Source: a candidate division FCPU426 bacterium
Lineage (GTDB): Bacteria > Oederibacteriota > JAAXVQ01 > JAUVAV01
Assembly: GCA_040756875.1 (NCBI GenBank)
Contig: JBFLYH010000002.1
Coordinates: forward strand, 47,481 to 111,480
Direction: 5' to 3'
Length of the DNA stretch: 64,000 nucleotides
The notes beneath the pieces were generated by a model, which saw only the letters and a program-made list of their open reading frames with translations, had not been told where the DNA came from and made no database searches. Each line of letters starts with the position of its first letter. Position 1 is the first letter of the stretch. Of the stretch, positions 50,185 to 58,697 are shown in pieces. The translations under genes and the position numbers were made by a program.

Positions 50185-50253
50185 ATTAATATGGATAATC
50201 CCCGAAAAAAGAGATGGATAATTACTATGACTATAACATATTTTAACCACCAA

Positions 50254-50426
50254 TTCTAATGCTGTTCCGTTTTTTTTAAATAAAAATAAGGTTAAAGTTG
50301 GTATTGTTCTATTATAGAACGTTTTTTATTATTGATTTATATAAGGAAAACTGATTTTTCCCAAAATATCTGCCAATGTGATAAACAAGGAGAAAATTTC
50401 CTAATGATATGACTAAATCAGCGGGA
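50254..50426 (-). promoter_or_regulatory. AT-rich promoter region of giant A with a -10 box inside a palindrome
   Basis: Strongly AT-rich intergenic stretch. Minus-strand TATAAT at 50316-50311 lies within GTTCTA-tta-TAGAAC (50306-50320). No canonical -35 was found. Confidence 0.5.
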
Positions 50427-51533
50427 TCAAACTTTGAGGAACCAGCGTTTCAGCATTTCCAGCCACTCGTGCATGCGTTGGGGATCAAGGCCAGCGCCTT
50501 TCAGGCTCTCGGCCATGATTTCGGCATTTTGCAGGGTTTCGAACAAACCCCGGTCAGGAATGACGAGCATGCCGCTGGTTTCGACATACCCGGCTTTCAC
50601 TTTGTTGTTGATGATCGCCTCGTTGCCGCGGGGGAAAACCGCCTCCACCCATTCGCCCGCGGAATTCCGCCACGCCAGGCTGTTGTAGATCAGGCCCGAC
50701 ATCCGGCACGAGTGCAACACGACCTGCTGCTGCCGCAGCAGAGCCGACAGGCTGGTCGCGCGGAGCAGGATTCCCGGCCAGGGATAAACAGCGTCCAGCA
50801 CTTCCAGGCGCACGCCGTGGCCGTCGGTCCAGGCGTCGGCCGCGGCCAGTCCGCCGGCCGCTTCCAGGCGCACCAGGGGCAGGAACCGTTTGGGCACGGC
50901 CTGGGTGTGGAAATGATCCACCGAAGCGCCGGCCCCGCGGTCGTTGTAGCCCACGGCATACTCCAGGGGGAACAGGCTGCCGCACAGTTCCTGCGTGTCC
51001 GCCAGATGGCTGGCGGTCGCGACCTGGGGATAATGCTGCCGGGTGTCCGGGTCCGCGTCCAGGGAGGCGATGATGAAATGGTCGGGTACAATGGGCGCCG
51101 GCTGCACCAGCACCCCGTAATGGCGGCCGCTGGCCGCGGTCCAAACCAGGTAGTGCTCGTTTTCAGGAAAACTCTCCCAGGCCAGAAAATCCGGTTTGGC
51201 TCCGGCCGCCGGGGCCGGGCGCTGGCCTTCGGCGTGGCGGTTGGCCGGATCGCGGAAGGGATTGTACAGGGCCACGAGCGGCGACGGCGGGAAGGATTTG
51301 ACCACGATGCTCGCGTCCCAGGGATCGTATTTCACGAAATGCGCGGCCCGGGAGTAGCGCAGCAGGGCCTCCAGCCAGACGGCCAGGGGCAGTCCGGAAT
51401 CCGCAACGGACTGCAGGCGCAGATCCAGGGCGCGGTGTTCTCGGATCAGGGATTCCGCGAGCTTGAGATGGTCCGGATCAGCCGGAGGGAAGGTGGCGCG
51501 GGAGGCGAACTCGGAAAGGGTCTGTGTCGTCAT
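50427..51533 (-). CDS. HIT-superfamily HxHxQ nucleotide phosphorylase (DUF4922 / GDP-hexose or Ap4A phosphorylase-like)
   Basis: VQPAPIVPDHFII, GYNDRGAGASVDHFHTQ, VFPR, ETSGMLV. Start set at ATG 51533 to avoid overlap with truA. Confidence 0.7.
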   Translation of the reverse strand: MTTQTLSEFASRATFPPADPDHLKLAESLIREHRALDLRLQSVADSGLPLAVWLEALLRYSRAAHFVKYDPWDASIVVKSFPPSPLVALYNPFRDPANRHAEGQRPAPAAGAKPDFLAWESFPENEHYLVWTAASGRHYGVLVQPAPIVPDHFIIASLDADPDTRQHYPQVATASHLADTQELCGSLFPLEYAVGYNDRGAGASVDHFHTQAVPKRFLPLVRLEAAGGLAAADAWTDGHGVRLEVLDAVYPWPGILLRATSLSALLRQQQVVLHSCRMSGLIYNSLAWRNSAGEWVEAVFPRGNEAIINNKVKAGYVETSGMLVIPDRGLFETLQNAEIMAESLKGAGLDPQRMHEWLEMLKRWFLKV

Positions 51534-51579
51534 GGATCCATTATCCGCAGAGGAGGCGGCAGGGGCAAGAAAAAACGCT

Positions 51580-52371
51580 TCAGTCCCCGGATTTTCTTCC
51601 AAAAACGATTTTTTCCAAATACAAGCCGCAGGCCGGAGCGGTCGGGCCCGCTTGAGCACGGTCGCGGCCGCGAAGAATGCGCGGAATGTCCGCGGGCTTG
51701 AAACGCCCTTGGCCCACCCACACCAATGTCCCGGCCAGCGCGCGGACCATCTTATATAGGAAGGCGTCGGCTGTGAATGTAAAGGTCAGCAGCGGCCCCC
51801 GGCGCTGCACGCCTGCCTGCAGCAGGGTGCGGACCGGGTGCCGGGCTTCGCAGCCCGCGGCGCGGAAAGCGGAAAAATCGCGGCGTCCGAGCAGATGGCG
51901 GGCGGCCCGGCGCATGGCGTCCAGATCAAGCGGCTGGGCGACCTGCCAGGCGCGGCCGATCCAGAGCGGCGAAAACACCGGACGGTTGAAAACGAGATAG
52001 CGGTAGGTTTTGCGGCGGGCGCGCTGCCGGGGATCCCAGCCCGCGGGCACGCGGCGGCAGGCGACGACCCTGGCGGCCGGGGGCAAAGCGCTGTTGAGCG
52101 CGGCCGTCAGCCTCGCCGGAGGCAGGGCGTGCGCCAGTTCGAAGACCGCGACCTGGCCGCGGGCGTGCACTCCGGAATCCGTGCGGCTGGCGCCGGCCAC
52201 GCGGCGTTCTTCTTTGAACAGGCGCTTGAGCGCCCGCTCCAGAACCGCCTGCACGGTCTCGGCGTTGGGCTGGAGCTGAAAACCCGCGAAGGCCGCCCCG
52301 TCGTATTCGAGCGTGACCGCGAAACGCCGGGTCAGGGCAGGGGCTGCGGACTTCGGATGACGTTGCATCAT
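51580..52371 (-). CDS. truA: tRNA pseudouridine(38-40) synthase
   Basis: EYDGAAFAGFQ, ASRTDSGVHA, FLYKMVR, TAPACGLYL. Confidence 0.96.
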   Translation of the reverse strand: MMQRHPKSAAPALTRRFAVTLEYDGAAFAGFQLQPNAETVQAVLERALKRLFKEERRVAGASRTDSGVHARGQVAVFELAHALPPARLTAALNSALPPAARVVACRRVPAGWDPRQRARRKTYRYLVFNRPVFSPLWIGRAWQVAQPLDLDAMRRAARHLLGRRDFSAFRAAGCEARHPVRTLLQAGVQRRGPLLTFTFTADAFLYKMVRALAGTLVWVGQGRFKPADIPRILRGRDRAQAGPTAPACGLYLEKIVFGRKSGD

Positions 52372-52380
52372 GGACCCCCC

Positions 52381-52417
52381 AAAACAAAGATAGGGGCGTT
52401 CAAGTGAACGCCCCTAT
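52381..52417 (-). terminator. Rho-independent terminator downstream of asd
   Basis: 12-bp perfect stem ATAGGGGCGTTC-aagt-GAACGCCCCTAT followed on the minus strand by CTTTGTTTT. Confidence 0.75.
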
Positions 52418-52440
52418 TTGCGGCCAACGCCGGCCTTCAA

Positions 52441-53454
52441 TTACACCTTTCCTTGGACCAGGATCTCCGCGATCTGGACCGCGTTGGTGGCCGCGCCCTT
52501 GCGCAGCTGGTCGCCGACCACCCACAGGGCCAGCCCGCTGGGATGGGAGATGTCCTCCCGGATGCGGCCGACCCACACCTCGTCCTGGCCCGAGGTCTCC
52601 AAGGGCATGGGATACCGCTGGTGGGCCGGATCATCCACCACCCGGACGCCCGGCGCCTGGCCAAGAATCCGCCGCGCCTCCTGGGCCGAGAGCTTTTTCT
52701 CGGTCTCGATCTGGATGGTCTCCGAGTGGCTGGTGAACACCGGCACCCGCACGGTGGTGGCCGACACCTGGATCGAATCGTCATGCAGCATCTTGCGGGT
52801 CTCGTTCACCATCTTCATCTCTTCCTTGGTGTAGCCGTTCTCCATGAACACGTCGATCTGGGGCAGCACGTTGAACGCGATCTGGTAGGGATACACCTGC
52901 CGCGTAACGGCTTCTCCCCTGGCCCACTGCCGCACCTGCTGGTCCAATTCGGCGATAGCCTTGGCGCCCGTGCCCGAGACCGCCTGATAGGTGCTGGCCA
53001 CGATGCGTTTGACCTTGGCAGCCCGGTGCAGGGGGTTGACAGCCACCAGCATGATGATGGTGGAGCAGTTGGGATTGGCGATGATGCCGCGGTGCTTGAA
53101 AATGTCCTCCGGGTTCACTTCGGGCACCACCAGCGGCACCTCGGATTCCATCCGGAAGGCGCTGGTGTTGTCCACCACCACCGCGCCGGCCTCCACCGCG
53201 TGCTTGGCGAACTGCCGCGAGACCGAGGCGCCGGCCGAAGCCAGCACCAAGTCCAGGCCGCGGAACGACTGCTCGGTCAGTTCCTGCACCGGCAATTGCT
53301 CCCGCATGAAGGGAACGGTTTTACCGAGCGACCGCGCCGAAGCCAGCGGACGCACCTCGGCCACCGGAAACTTGCGTTCCTCCAGCACTTGCAGCATCAG
53401 GGTGCCGACCGCGCCGGTGGCACCCATCACGCCGACTCGATATTGTTTGCTCAT
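52441..53454 (-). CDS. asd: Aspartate-semialdehyde dehydrogenase
   Basis: GATGAVG, DNTSAFR, IIANPNCST, TYQAVSGTG, RKGAATNAVQ; ATG 53454 with AAGGA upstream. Confidence 0.97.
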   Translation of the reverse strand: MSKQYRVGVMGATGAVGTLMLQVLEERKFPVAEVRPLASARSLGKTVPFMREQLPVQELTEQSFRGLDLVLASAGASVSRQFAKHAVEAGAVVVDNTSAFRMESEVPLVVPEVNPEDIFKHRGIIANPNCSTIIMLVAVNPLHRAAKVKRIVASTYQAVSGTGAKAIAELDQQVRQWARGEAVTRQVYPYQIAFNVLPQIDVFMENGYTKEEMKMVNETRKMLHDDSIQVSATTVRVPVFTSHSETIQIETEKKLSAQEARRILGQAPGVRVVDDPAHQRYPMPLETSGQDEVWVGRIREDISHPSGLALWVVGDQLRKGAATNAVQIAEILVQGKV

Positions 53455-53476
53455 GGCTTTATCCTTTTTTATTTTA

Positions 53477-53515
53477 TTCGGACCGGCCCGACCCGTCGGA
53501 CAAGTCTGACCGGTC
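53477..53515. repeat. Intergenic 9-bp GTCNGACNN tandem array
   Basis: ttcggaccg gcccgaccc gtcggacaa gtctgaccg gtc. Confidence 0.65.
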
Positions 53516-53528
53516 AAAGGCTTTTACT

Positions 53529-54590
53529 TTAAACCAAACTCGCCACCAAGTCGCCGACTTCCTCGGTGTTCAGACCCATGCGGCCGGCAGCCAGGGACTT
53601 GATCCTGCCCGACTCCAGGGCCTTGACCACCGCGCCTTCGACCGCATCGGCCGCCCGGGTTTCGCCCAGGTGGGCCAGCAGCATGGCCCCGGCGTTGATC
53701 GCAGCCAGCGGATTGATCTTCTTCTGGCCGGTGTATTTGGGCGCCGAGCCGCCGATGGGCTCGAACATCGAAATCCCCTCGGGATTGATGTTGCCGCCCG
53801 CGGCGATCCCCATGCCGCCCTGGATCATGGCCCCCAGGTCCGTGATGATGTCGCCGAACAGGTTCTCAGTGACCACGGTCTCGAACCACTCCGGGTTCTT
53901 GACCATCCACATGGTGGTCGCGTCCACGTGCGCGTAGTCGCGCGCCACCTCCGGGAACTCCTTCTGCCCCATCTCGTGGAAGGCCCGGAACCACAGGTCG
54001 CCGGTCTCAGTCAGCACGTTCATCTTGTGCACGAGCGTCAGTTTCTTTTCCGGCCGCTTCTGCGCCCGCTTGAAGGCATAGCGCAGGCAGCGGTCCACCT
54101 CGGCCCGGGAATAGGTCATGACCTGGGTGGCGTACTCCAGGGGCGACCCCTTGTGCGCTGAACCGCCCACGCCGGTGTAAATCCCGCCGCAGTTTTCGCG
54201 GATGATGTCGAAATCAATGTCCTGCGGCCCTTTGTCCTTGAGCGGCGTCTCGACGTTGGGATAGAGCTTGACCGGCCGCAGGTTGATGTACTGGTCGAAG
54301 TGGAAGCGCAGGCGCAGCAGGATGCCGCCCTCCAGGGGCCCGGGTTTCACGTCCGGGTGCCCGATGGCGCCCAGGTAGATGGCCTGCACGCCCGCAAGCT
54401 CGGCCAGCACGGAATCCGGCACCAGCTCGCCCGTACGCAGATAGCGGGCGCCGCCCAGGTCGTACGTCGTGGTGTCGTAGGACAGGCCGAACTTTTTCCC
54501 CGCGGCCGCGAGCACCTTCAGGCCCTCGGCGATCACCTCGGGCCCGGTGCCGTCGCCGGGAATGATTGCGATCTTGTAGGTTTTGCTCAT
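53529..54590 (-). CDS. leuB: 3-isopropylmalate dehydrogenase
   Basis: PGDGTGPE, NLRP, NLFGDIITD, FEPIGGSAP; leu operon context. Confidence 0.95.
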   Translation of the reverse strand: MSKTYKIAIIPGDGTGPEVIAEGLKVLAAAGKKFGLSYDTTTYDLGGARYLRTGELVPDSVLAELAGVQAIYLGAIGHPDVKPGPLEGGILLRLRFHFDQYINLRPVKLYPNVETPLKDKGPQDIDFDIIRENCGGIYTGVGGSAHKGSPLEYATQVMTYSRAEVDRCLRYAFKRAQKRPEKKLTLVHKMNVLTETGDLWFRAFHEMGQKEFPEVARDYAHVDATTMWMVKNPEWFETVVTENLFGDIITDLGAMIQGGMGIAAGGNINPEGISMFEPIGGSAPKYTGQKKINPLAAINAGAMLLAHLGETRAADAVEGAVVKALESGRIKSLAAGRMGLNTEEVGDLVASLV

Positions 54591-54615
54591 GGGTTGCTCC
54601 TCCGGTCTTTTTCCG

Positions 54616-54651
54616 GTCTGACCTGTCAGACGCGTCGGACTGGTCGGACCT
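54616..54651. repeat. Intergenic 9-bp GTCNGACNN tandem array
   Basis: gtctgacct gtcagacgc gtcggactg gtcggacct. Confidence 0.8.
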
Positions 54652-54662
54652 TTCGAATGATT

Positions 54663-55154
54663 TTACTGAATTTGTTTCTTCATGTACTCCATCAGCCCGC
54701 CAGCCGCCACCAGCTCCTGCATGAACGGCGGGATGGGTGCGGCCTGATGCTGCCTGCCCGTGGTCAGGTTCGTGATCCGCCCGGTGTCCGCGTCCACCTC
54801 CAGCTCCTGCCCGCTCTGCGCCTCAGCTGCGGCGGCCGGGCATTCCAGGATCGGCAGCCCGATGTTGAAGGCGTTGCGGTAGAAAATCCGCGCGAAGCTT
54901 TCAGCCACCACGCAGGCCACGCCGGCGCCCTTGATCGCCAGCGGGGCGTGCTCGCGGGACGACCCGCAACCGAAATTTTTGCCCGCTACCAGGACGTCTC
55001 CGGGCTTCACCCGGCCTGCAAAACCGGCATCCGCGTCTTCCATGACGTGGGCGGCCAGGGTCCTGGCGTCGCAGGTGTTGAGGTAACGGGCCGGAATGAT
55101 CTCGTCCGTGTTCACATCATGGCCGAACTTGTGCACTTTTCCCCGAAATTTCAT
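54663..55154 (-). CDS. leuD: 3-isopropylmalate dehydratase small subunit
   Basis: [39 protein letters not shown]; ATGA overlap with the leuC stop. Confidence 0.96.
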   Translation of the reverse strand: MKFRGKVHKFGHDVNTDEIIPARYLNTCDARTLAAHVMEDADAGFAGRVKPGDVLVAGKNFGCGSSREHAPLAIKGAGVACVVAESFARIFYRNAFNIGLPILECPAAAAEAQSGQELEVDADTGRITNLTTGRQHQAAPIPPFMQELVAAGGLMEYMKKQIQ

Positions 55155-56449
55155 TTTTTCACCCCCCGGGCCCAGTCCGCCCCCCGCACTTCGCGTGGCG
55201 CGGCGATGCGGCCCTTGATGGCCGAGGCCGCCGCCACGCCAGGCGAGGCCAGATACACTTCGCTCTCCGTGTGGCCCATGCGGCCCACGAAATTGCGGTT
55301 GGTGGTGGACACCGCCCGCTCGCCCTTGGCCAGGATGCCCATGTGCCCGCCCAGGCACGGCCCGCAGGTCGGCGGCGAAATGACGCAGCCGGCCGCGGTC
55401 AGCACGTCCAAAAGGCCCTCGTGCAGCGCCTGGCGCCAGATGGTCGGCGTGGCCGGAAAGACGATCGTCCGCACGCGCGGACTCACCCGCCGGCCGCGCA
55501 GGACCTTGGCCGCTTCGCGCAGGTCCTCGATGCGGCCGTTGGTGCAGGAGCCGATCACCACCTGGTCGATCACGATCTCGCGCGCCTTGGACACGGGCAC
55601 TACGTTGGACGGCAGATGGGGCTTGGCCACCACGGGCTCCAGCTTGCTGACGTCGAACGTTTCCACGCGCTCGTATTCCGCGCCCGGGTCCGAGGCGTAG
55701 TAGCGCGGGGTGAAGCGGGCCCGGCTCGTGACATATTTCCGCGTGGCCGCGTCCGGCGCGACAATGCCGGTCTTGGCGCCGGCTTCGATGGCCATGTTGC
55801 ACATAGTCAGGCGCCCCTCGACCGACAGGGCGCGGATCACCGGGCCGGTCAGTTCCAGGGCGCGGTAATTGGCGCCGTCCACGCCCAGGCGCGCGATCGC
55901 CAGCAGGATCAGGTCCTTGGCCCCCACGTCCCGGGGCAGACGGCCGGTGAACTCCAGTTTGATGGTCTGCGGCACCTTGAACCACGCCTTGCCTGTCAGC
56001 ATGGCCGCGGCCAGGTCCGTGGAACCCACGCCCGTGGCAAAGGCGCCCAGGGCGCCGTAGGTGCAGGTGTGCGAGTCCGCGCCGATGATGAGCTGGCCGG
56101 GCACGACCACGCCCTGTTCGGGCAGCAGCGCGTGCTCGATACCGCATTCGCCCTGGTCCCAGTAATGCTCCAGCTTGTGCTTGCGGGCGAATTCGCGCAG
56201 GACCTTCGCCTGTTCGGCCGAAAGGATGTCCTTGTTGGGCGTGAAATGGTCCGGCACCAGGGCCACCCGTCGGCGGTCGAACACGCGCTGGCCACCCGCA
56301 GCCTCGAAGGTTTTGATGGCCAGGGGCGCGGTGATGTCGTTGCCCAGGCACAAGTCCACCTTGGCCAGGATCAATTCCCCGGGCGCCACGGACTTGCGTC
56401 CGCTGGCCCGCGCCAGAATTTTTTCACCGATGGTCATGGGTCGGGACAT
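55151..56449 (-). CDS. leuC: 3-isopropylmalate dehydratase large subunit
   Basis: GADSHTCTYG, IGSCTNGR, CGPCLG, STTNRNFVGRMG; GAGGAG before ATG 56449. Confidence 0.96.
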   Translation of the reverse strand: MSRPMTIGEKILARASGRKSVAPGELILAKVDLCLGNDITAPLAIKTFEAAGGQRVFDRRRVALVPDHFTPNKDILSAEQAKVLREFARKHKLEHYWDQGECGIEHALLPEQGVVVPGQLIIGADSHTCTYGALGAFATGVGSTDLAAAMLTGKAWFKVPQTIKLEFTGRLPRDVGAKDLILLAIARLGVDGANYRALELTGPVIRALSVEGRLTMCNMAIEAGAKTGIVAPDAATRKYVTSRARFTPRYYASDPGAEYERVETFDVSKLEPVVAKPHLPSNVVPVSKAREIVIDQVVIGSCTNGRIEDLREAAKVLRGRRVSPRVRTIVFPATPTIWRQALHEGLLDVLTAAGCVISPPTCGPCLGGHMGILAKGERAVSTTNRNFVGRMGHTESEVYLASPGVAAASAIKGRIAAPREVRGADWARGVKK

Positions 56450-56484
56450 GTTGACCACTCCTCTCCAGGGCCCCCGTTTGGGGG

Positions 56485-57057
56485 CTATTTCCGGCCCAGC
56501 ATTCTTTTGGGCGGCGTGATCACCCAAAAAGCCTGCAGGTTCTTTTTGCCCACGTTCCGCAGCTGGTGCGGCACGTCCGCGGCGAACGAAATGCTGTCGC
56601 CCTCCTGCAGCCGGTACACTTGGTTGCCCACCTGGCATTCGGCCGTGCCCTTGATGATGACGCCCAGCTCCTTGCCGATATGCCCGTAATACTCGTCCCC
56701 GCTTTTCCCGCCGGGCGGCACTTCCAAAAAATAAGCTTCCATCGCGTGCTCTTCGGTCGACGCCGCGGTGTGGGAAAGCTGCTCGTAGACCACCCCGCCC
56801 AGCAGCGTGCGCTTGCGGTCCTTGGCCCTGACCAAATTCACGGCCCGGTCTTTTTTAAAATCCCGGAACAGGTAGTCCAGGTCCATGTCCAGGATGTCCG
56901 CGATCTTCAGCAGCGTGTCGATCGCCGGGGAAATTCGGTTGCGTTCGATCTGCGAAATCAGGCTTTGGGAAACACCCGCTTGTTCGGCGACTTCGCGGAT
57001 GGTCTTTTGCCGGCGTTCCCTGACTTCCCTGATTTTGTCCCCGAATTGGAATTTCAT
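56485..57057 (-). CDS. XRE-family HTH transcriptional regulator with cupin sensor domain
   Basis: IREVAEQAGVSQSLISQIERNRISP (HTH_3); GHIGKE...EGDSISFAADVPHQLRN (cupin). Confidence 0.92.
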   Translation of the reverse strand: MKFQFGDKIREVRERRQKTIREVAEQAGVSQSLISQIERNRISPAIDTLLKIADILDMDLDYLFRDFKKDRAVNLVRAKDRKRTLLGGVVYEQLSHTAASTEEHAMEAYFLEVPPGGKSGDEYYGHIGKELGVIIKGTAECQVGNQVYRLQEGDSISFAADVPHQLRNVGKKNLQAFWVITPPKRMLGRK

Positions 57058-57063
57058 CCCCGC

Positions 57064-57123
57064 AACCCCGACATTAATTATACTGAATATGTTTAAGTAT
57101 AATTAAAGTCGGGGTTTTGTCAA
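57064..57123 (-). promoter_or_regulatory. Sigma70 promoter overlapped by a long inverted repeat (putative operator)
   Basis: Minus-strand TTGACA (57123-57118), 16-bp spacer, TATACT (57101-57096); palindrome AACCCCGAC-a-TTAATTATACT-N11-AGTATAATTAA-a-GTCGGGGTT. Confidence 0.75.
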
Positions 57124-57140
57124 GCGCTTTTTGGGGGCGA

Positions 57141-58697
57141 TTACGAACGGGAGGGGGTTTTGCCCTTTTTCTTCGCAGGACCCCGGTTCGTGGTCAGGGT
57201 GGCCAGCCGGTTCAAGGCGTTGACGTACGCCTTGGCCGAAGCCACGATGATGTCCGTGTGCGCGCCCCGGCCGGTCACGGTTTGCCCCTGCTCGGCGAGC
57301 TGCACCACCACCTCGCCCTGGGCGTCCGTGCCGCCGGTAATGGCCTTCAGGGAATATCCCAGCAGTTTGTGCTGCCGGCCCAGCAGGCCGTCGATGGTTT
57401 GGTAAACGGCGTCCACCGGCCCGTCGCCCGTGCCGCTGCCTTCCAGGAGCTCCCCGCCCCGGCGCAGGCGCACGGCCGCGGTGGGCAGCATGCCGCTGCC
57501 CGACGTGGCCTGGACGTGTTCCAGCACGTAGTATTCCTTCGGCGCGCCCGCCGCCTCCTCCAGGAGGGCCAGCAGGTCTTCGTCGTACACTTCCTTCTTC
57601 CGGTCCGCCAGTTCCTTGAAGCGCTCGAAGAAGGCGGGTTGCTTGGCTTCTGGCAGGGCGTACCCCAGGTCTTGCACACGTTTGAACAGCGCGTGCCGGC
57701 CGCTGTGCTTGCCCAGCACCAACCGGTTTTCCTTGAGGCCGATGTCCTTGGCGTCCATGATCTCGTAGGTCAGGCGGTTCTTGAGAATCCCGTCCTGGTG
57801 GATGCCCGACTCATGCTGGAAGGCGTTGGCGCCGACGATCGCTTTGTTCGGCTGCACCACGATGCCCGTGGCCAGGGAAACCAGGCGGGAGACCCGCGCG
57901 ATTTCGCGCGTCTGGATGTTGGTCCGCGCGCCGTAGTAGGCCGCGCGCGTCTTCAGGCCCATCACGATCTCTTCCAGGGCCGCGTTCCCCGCCCGCTCGC
58001 CCAGGCCGTTGACCGTGCATTCCACCTGCCGCGCCCCGGCCCGGACCGCGGCCAGCGAATTGGCCGTGGCCAGGCCCAGGTCATTGTGGCAGTGGACGGC
58101 CAGGGTCACTCGTTTGAGCGCCGGAACCGCCGCCTGCAGCTCGTGCAGCATTCGTTCGTACTCCGCGGGCGTGATATAGCCCACGGTGTCCGGAATGTTG
58201 ACCGTGCCGGCGCCGGCCGCGATCACGGCCCCGGTCACTTTGGCCAGAAAATCGGGATCGCTCCGGGTTGCATCTTCGGCAGAAAACTCCACGTCCCGGC
58301 ACAGCGACCGCGCGTACTTGGTCATGTCGGTCGCGAGCTTCAGCACCTCGTCCGGCGTCTTGTTCAGTTTGTGCTTCATGTGCAGGGGAGAAGTGGAGAT
58401 GAACAGGTGGATCCGCGGATGGGCCGCGCCGCGCACAGCCTGCCACACCGCGTCGATGTCCGCCTTGGCGCAGCGCGCCAGTCCGGCCACGGCCGGCTTG
58501 CGCACGGCCTTGGCCACGTCCCTCACCGCGGCAAAATCCCCGGGCGACGAAATCGGAAAGCCGGCCTCGATTACGTCCACGCCCAGATCCTGGAGCGCGC
58601 GGGCCACCTCGACTTTCTGCTTGGCATCCAGGCTGGCGCCGGGCGCTTGCTCGCCGTCGCGCAGCGTGGTGTCGAAAATTTTTACGATCTCAGGCAT
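57141..58697 (-). CDS. leuA: 2-isopropylmalate synthase
   Basis: [34 protein letters not shown]; AAGGAGG before ATG 58697. Confidence 0.97.
   Translation of the reverse strand: MPEIVKIFDTTLRDGEQAPGASLDAKQKVEVARALQDLGVDVIEAGFPISSPGDFAAVRDVAKAVRKPAVAGLARCAKADIDAVWQAVRGAAHPRIHLFISTSPLHMKHKLNKTPDEVLKLATDMTKYARSLCRDVEFSAEDATRSDPDFLAKVTGAVIAAGAGTVNIPDTVGYITPAEYERMLHELQAAVPALKRVTLAVHCHNDLGLATANSLAAVRAGARQVECTVNGLGERAGNAALEEIVMGLKTRAAYYGARTNIQTREIARVSRLVSLATGIVVQPNKAIVGANAFQHESGIHQDGILKNRLTYEIMDAKDIGLKENRLVLGKHSGRHALFKRVQDLGYALPEAKQPAFFERFKELADRKKEVYDEDLLALLEEAAGAPKEYYVLEHVQATSGSGMLPTAAVRLRRGGELLEGSGTGDGPVDAVYQTIDGLLGRQHKLLGYSLKAITGGTDAQGEVVVQLAEQGQTVTGRGAHTDIIVASAKAYVNALNRLATLTTNRGPAKKKGKTPSRS

Noticed and set aside
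12973-50184. Giant A as an NRPS/PKS, RTX/MARTX toxin or repetitive adhesin
   Set aside because: No condensation, adenylation or ketosynthase motifs, GGxGxD repeats, or long Ig/cadherin repeat arrays were seen.
50185-50253. ORF-track start of giant A at 50253
   Set aside because: It is a non-ATG start inside the AT-rich promoter-like region with no evident RBS. ATG 50184 or ATG 50118 is more plausible.
50361-50376. Sigma54-like motif TGGCAGATATTTTGG on the minus strand upstream of giant A
   Set aside because: The spacing fits, but the -12 element reads GG instead of the conserved GC, so support is insufficient.
54663-56351. 562-aa ORF suggesting an extended or fused LeuD
   Set aside because: Only the last 163 aa are LeuD. 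The rest is an off-frame read through leuC, and the real start is ATG 55154.
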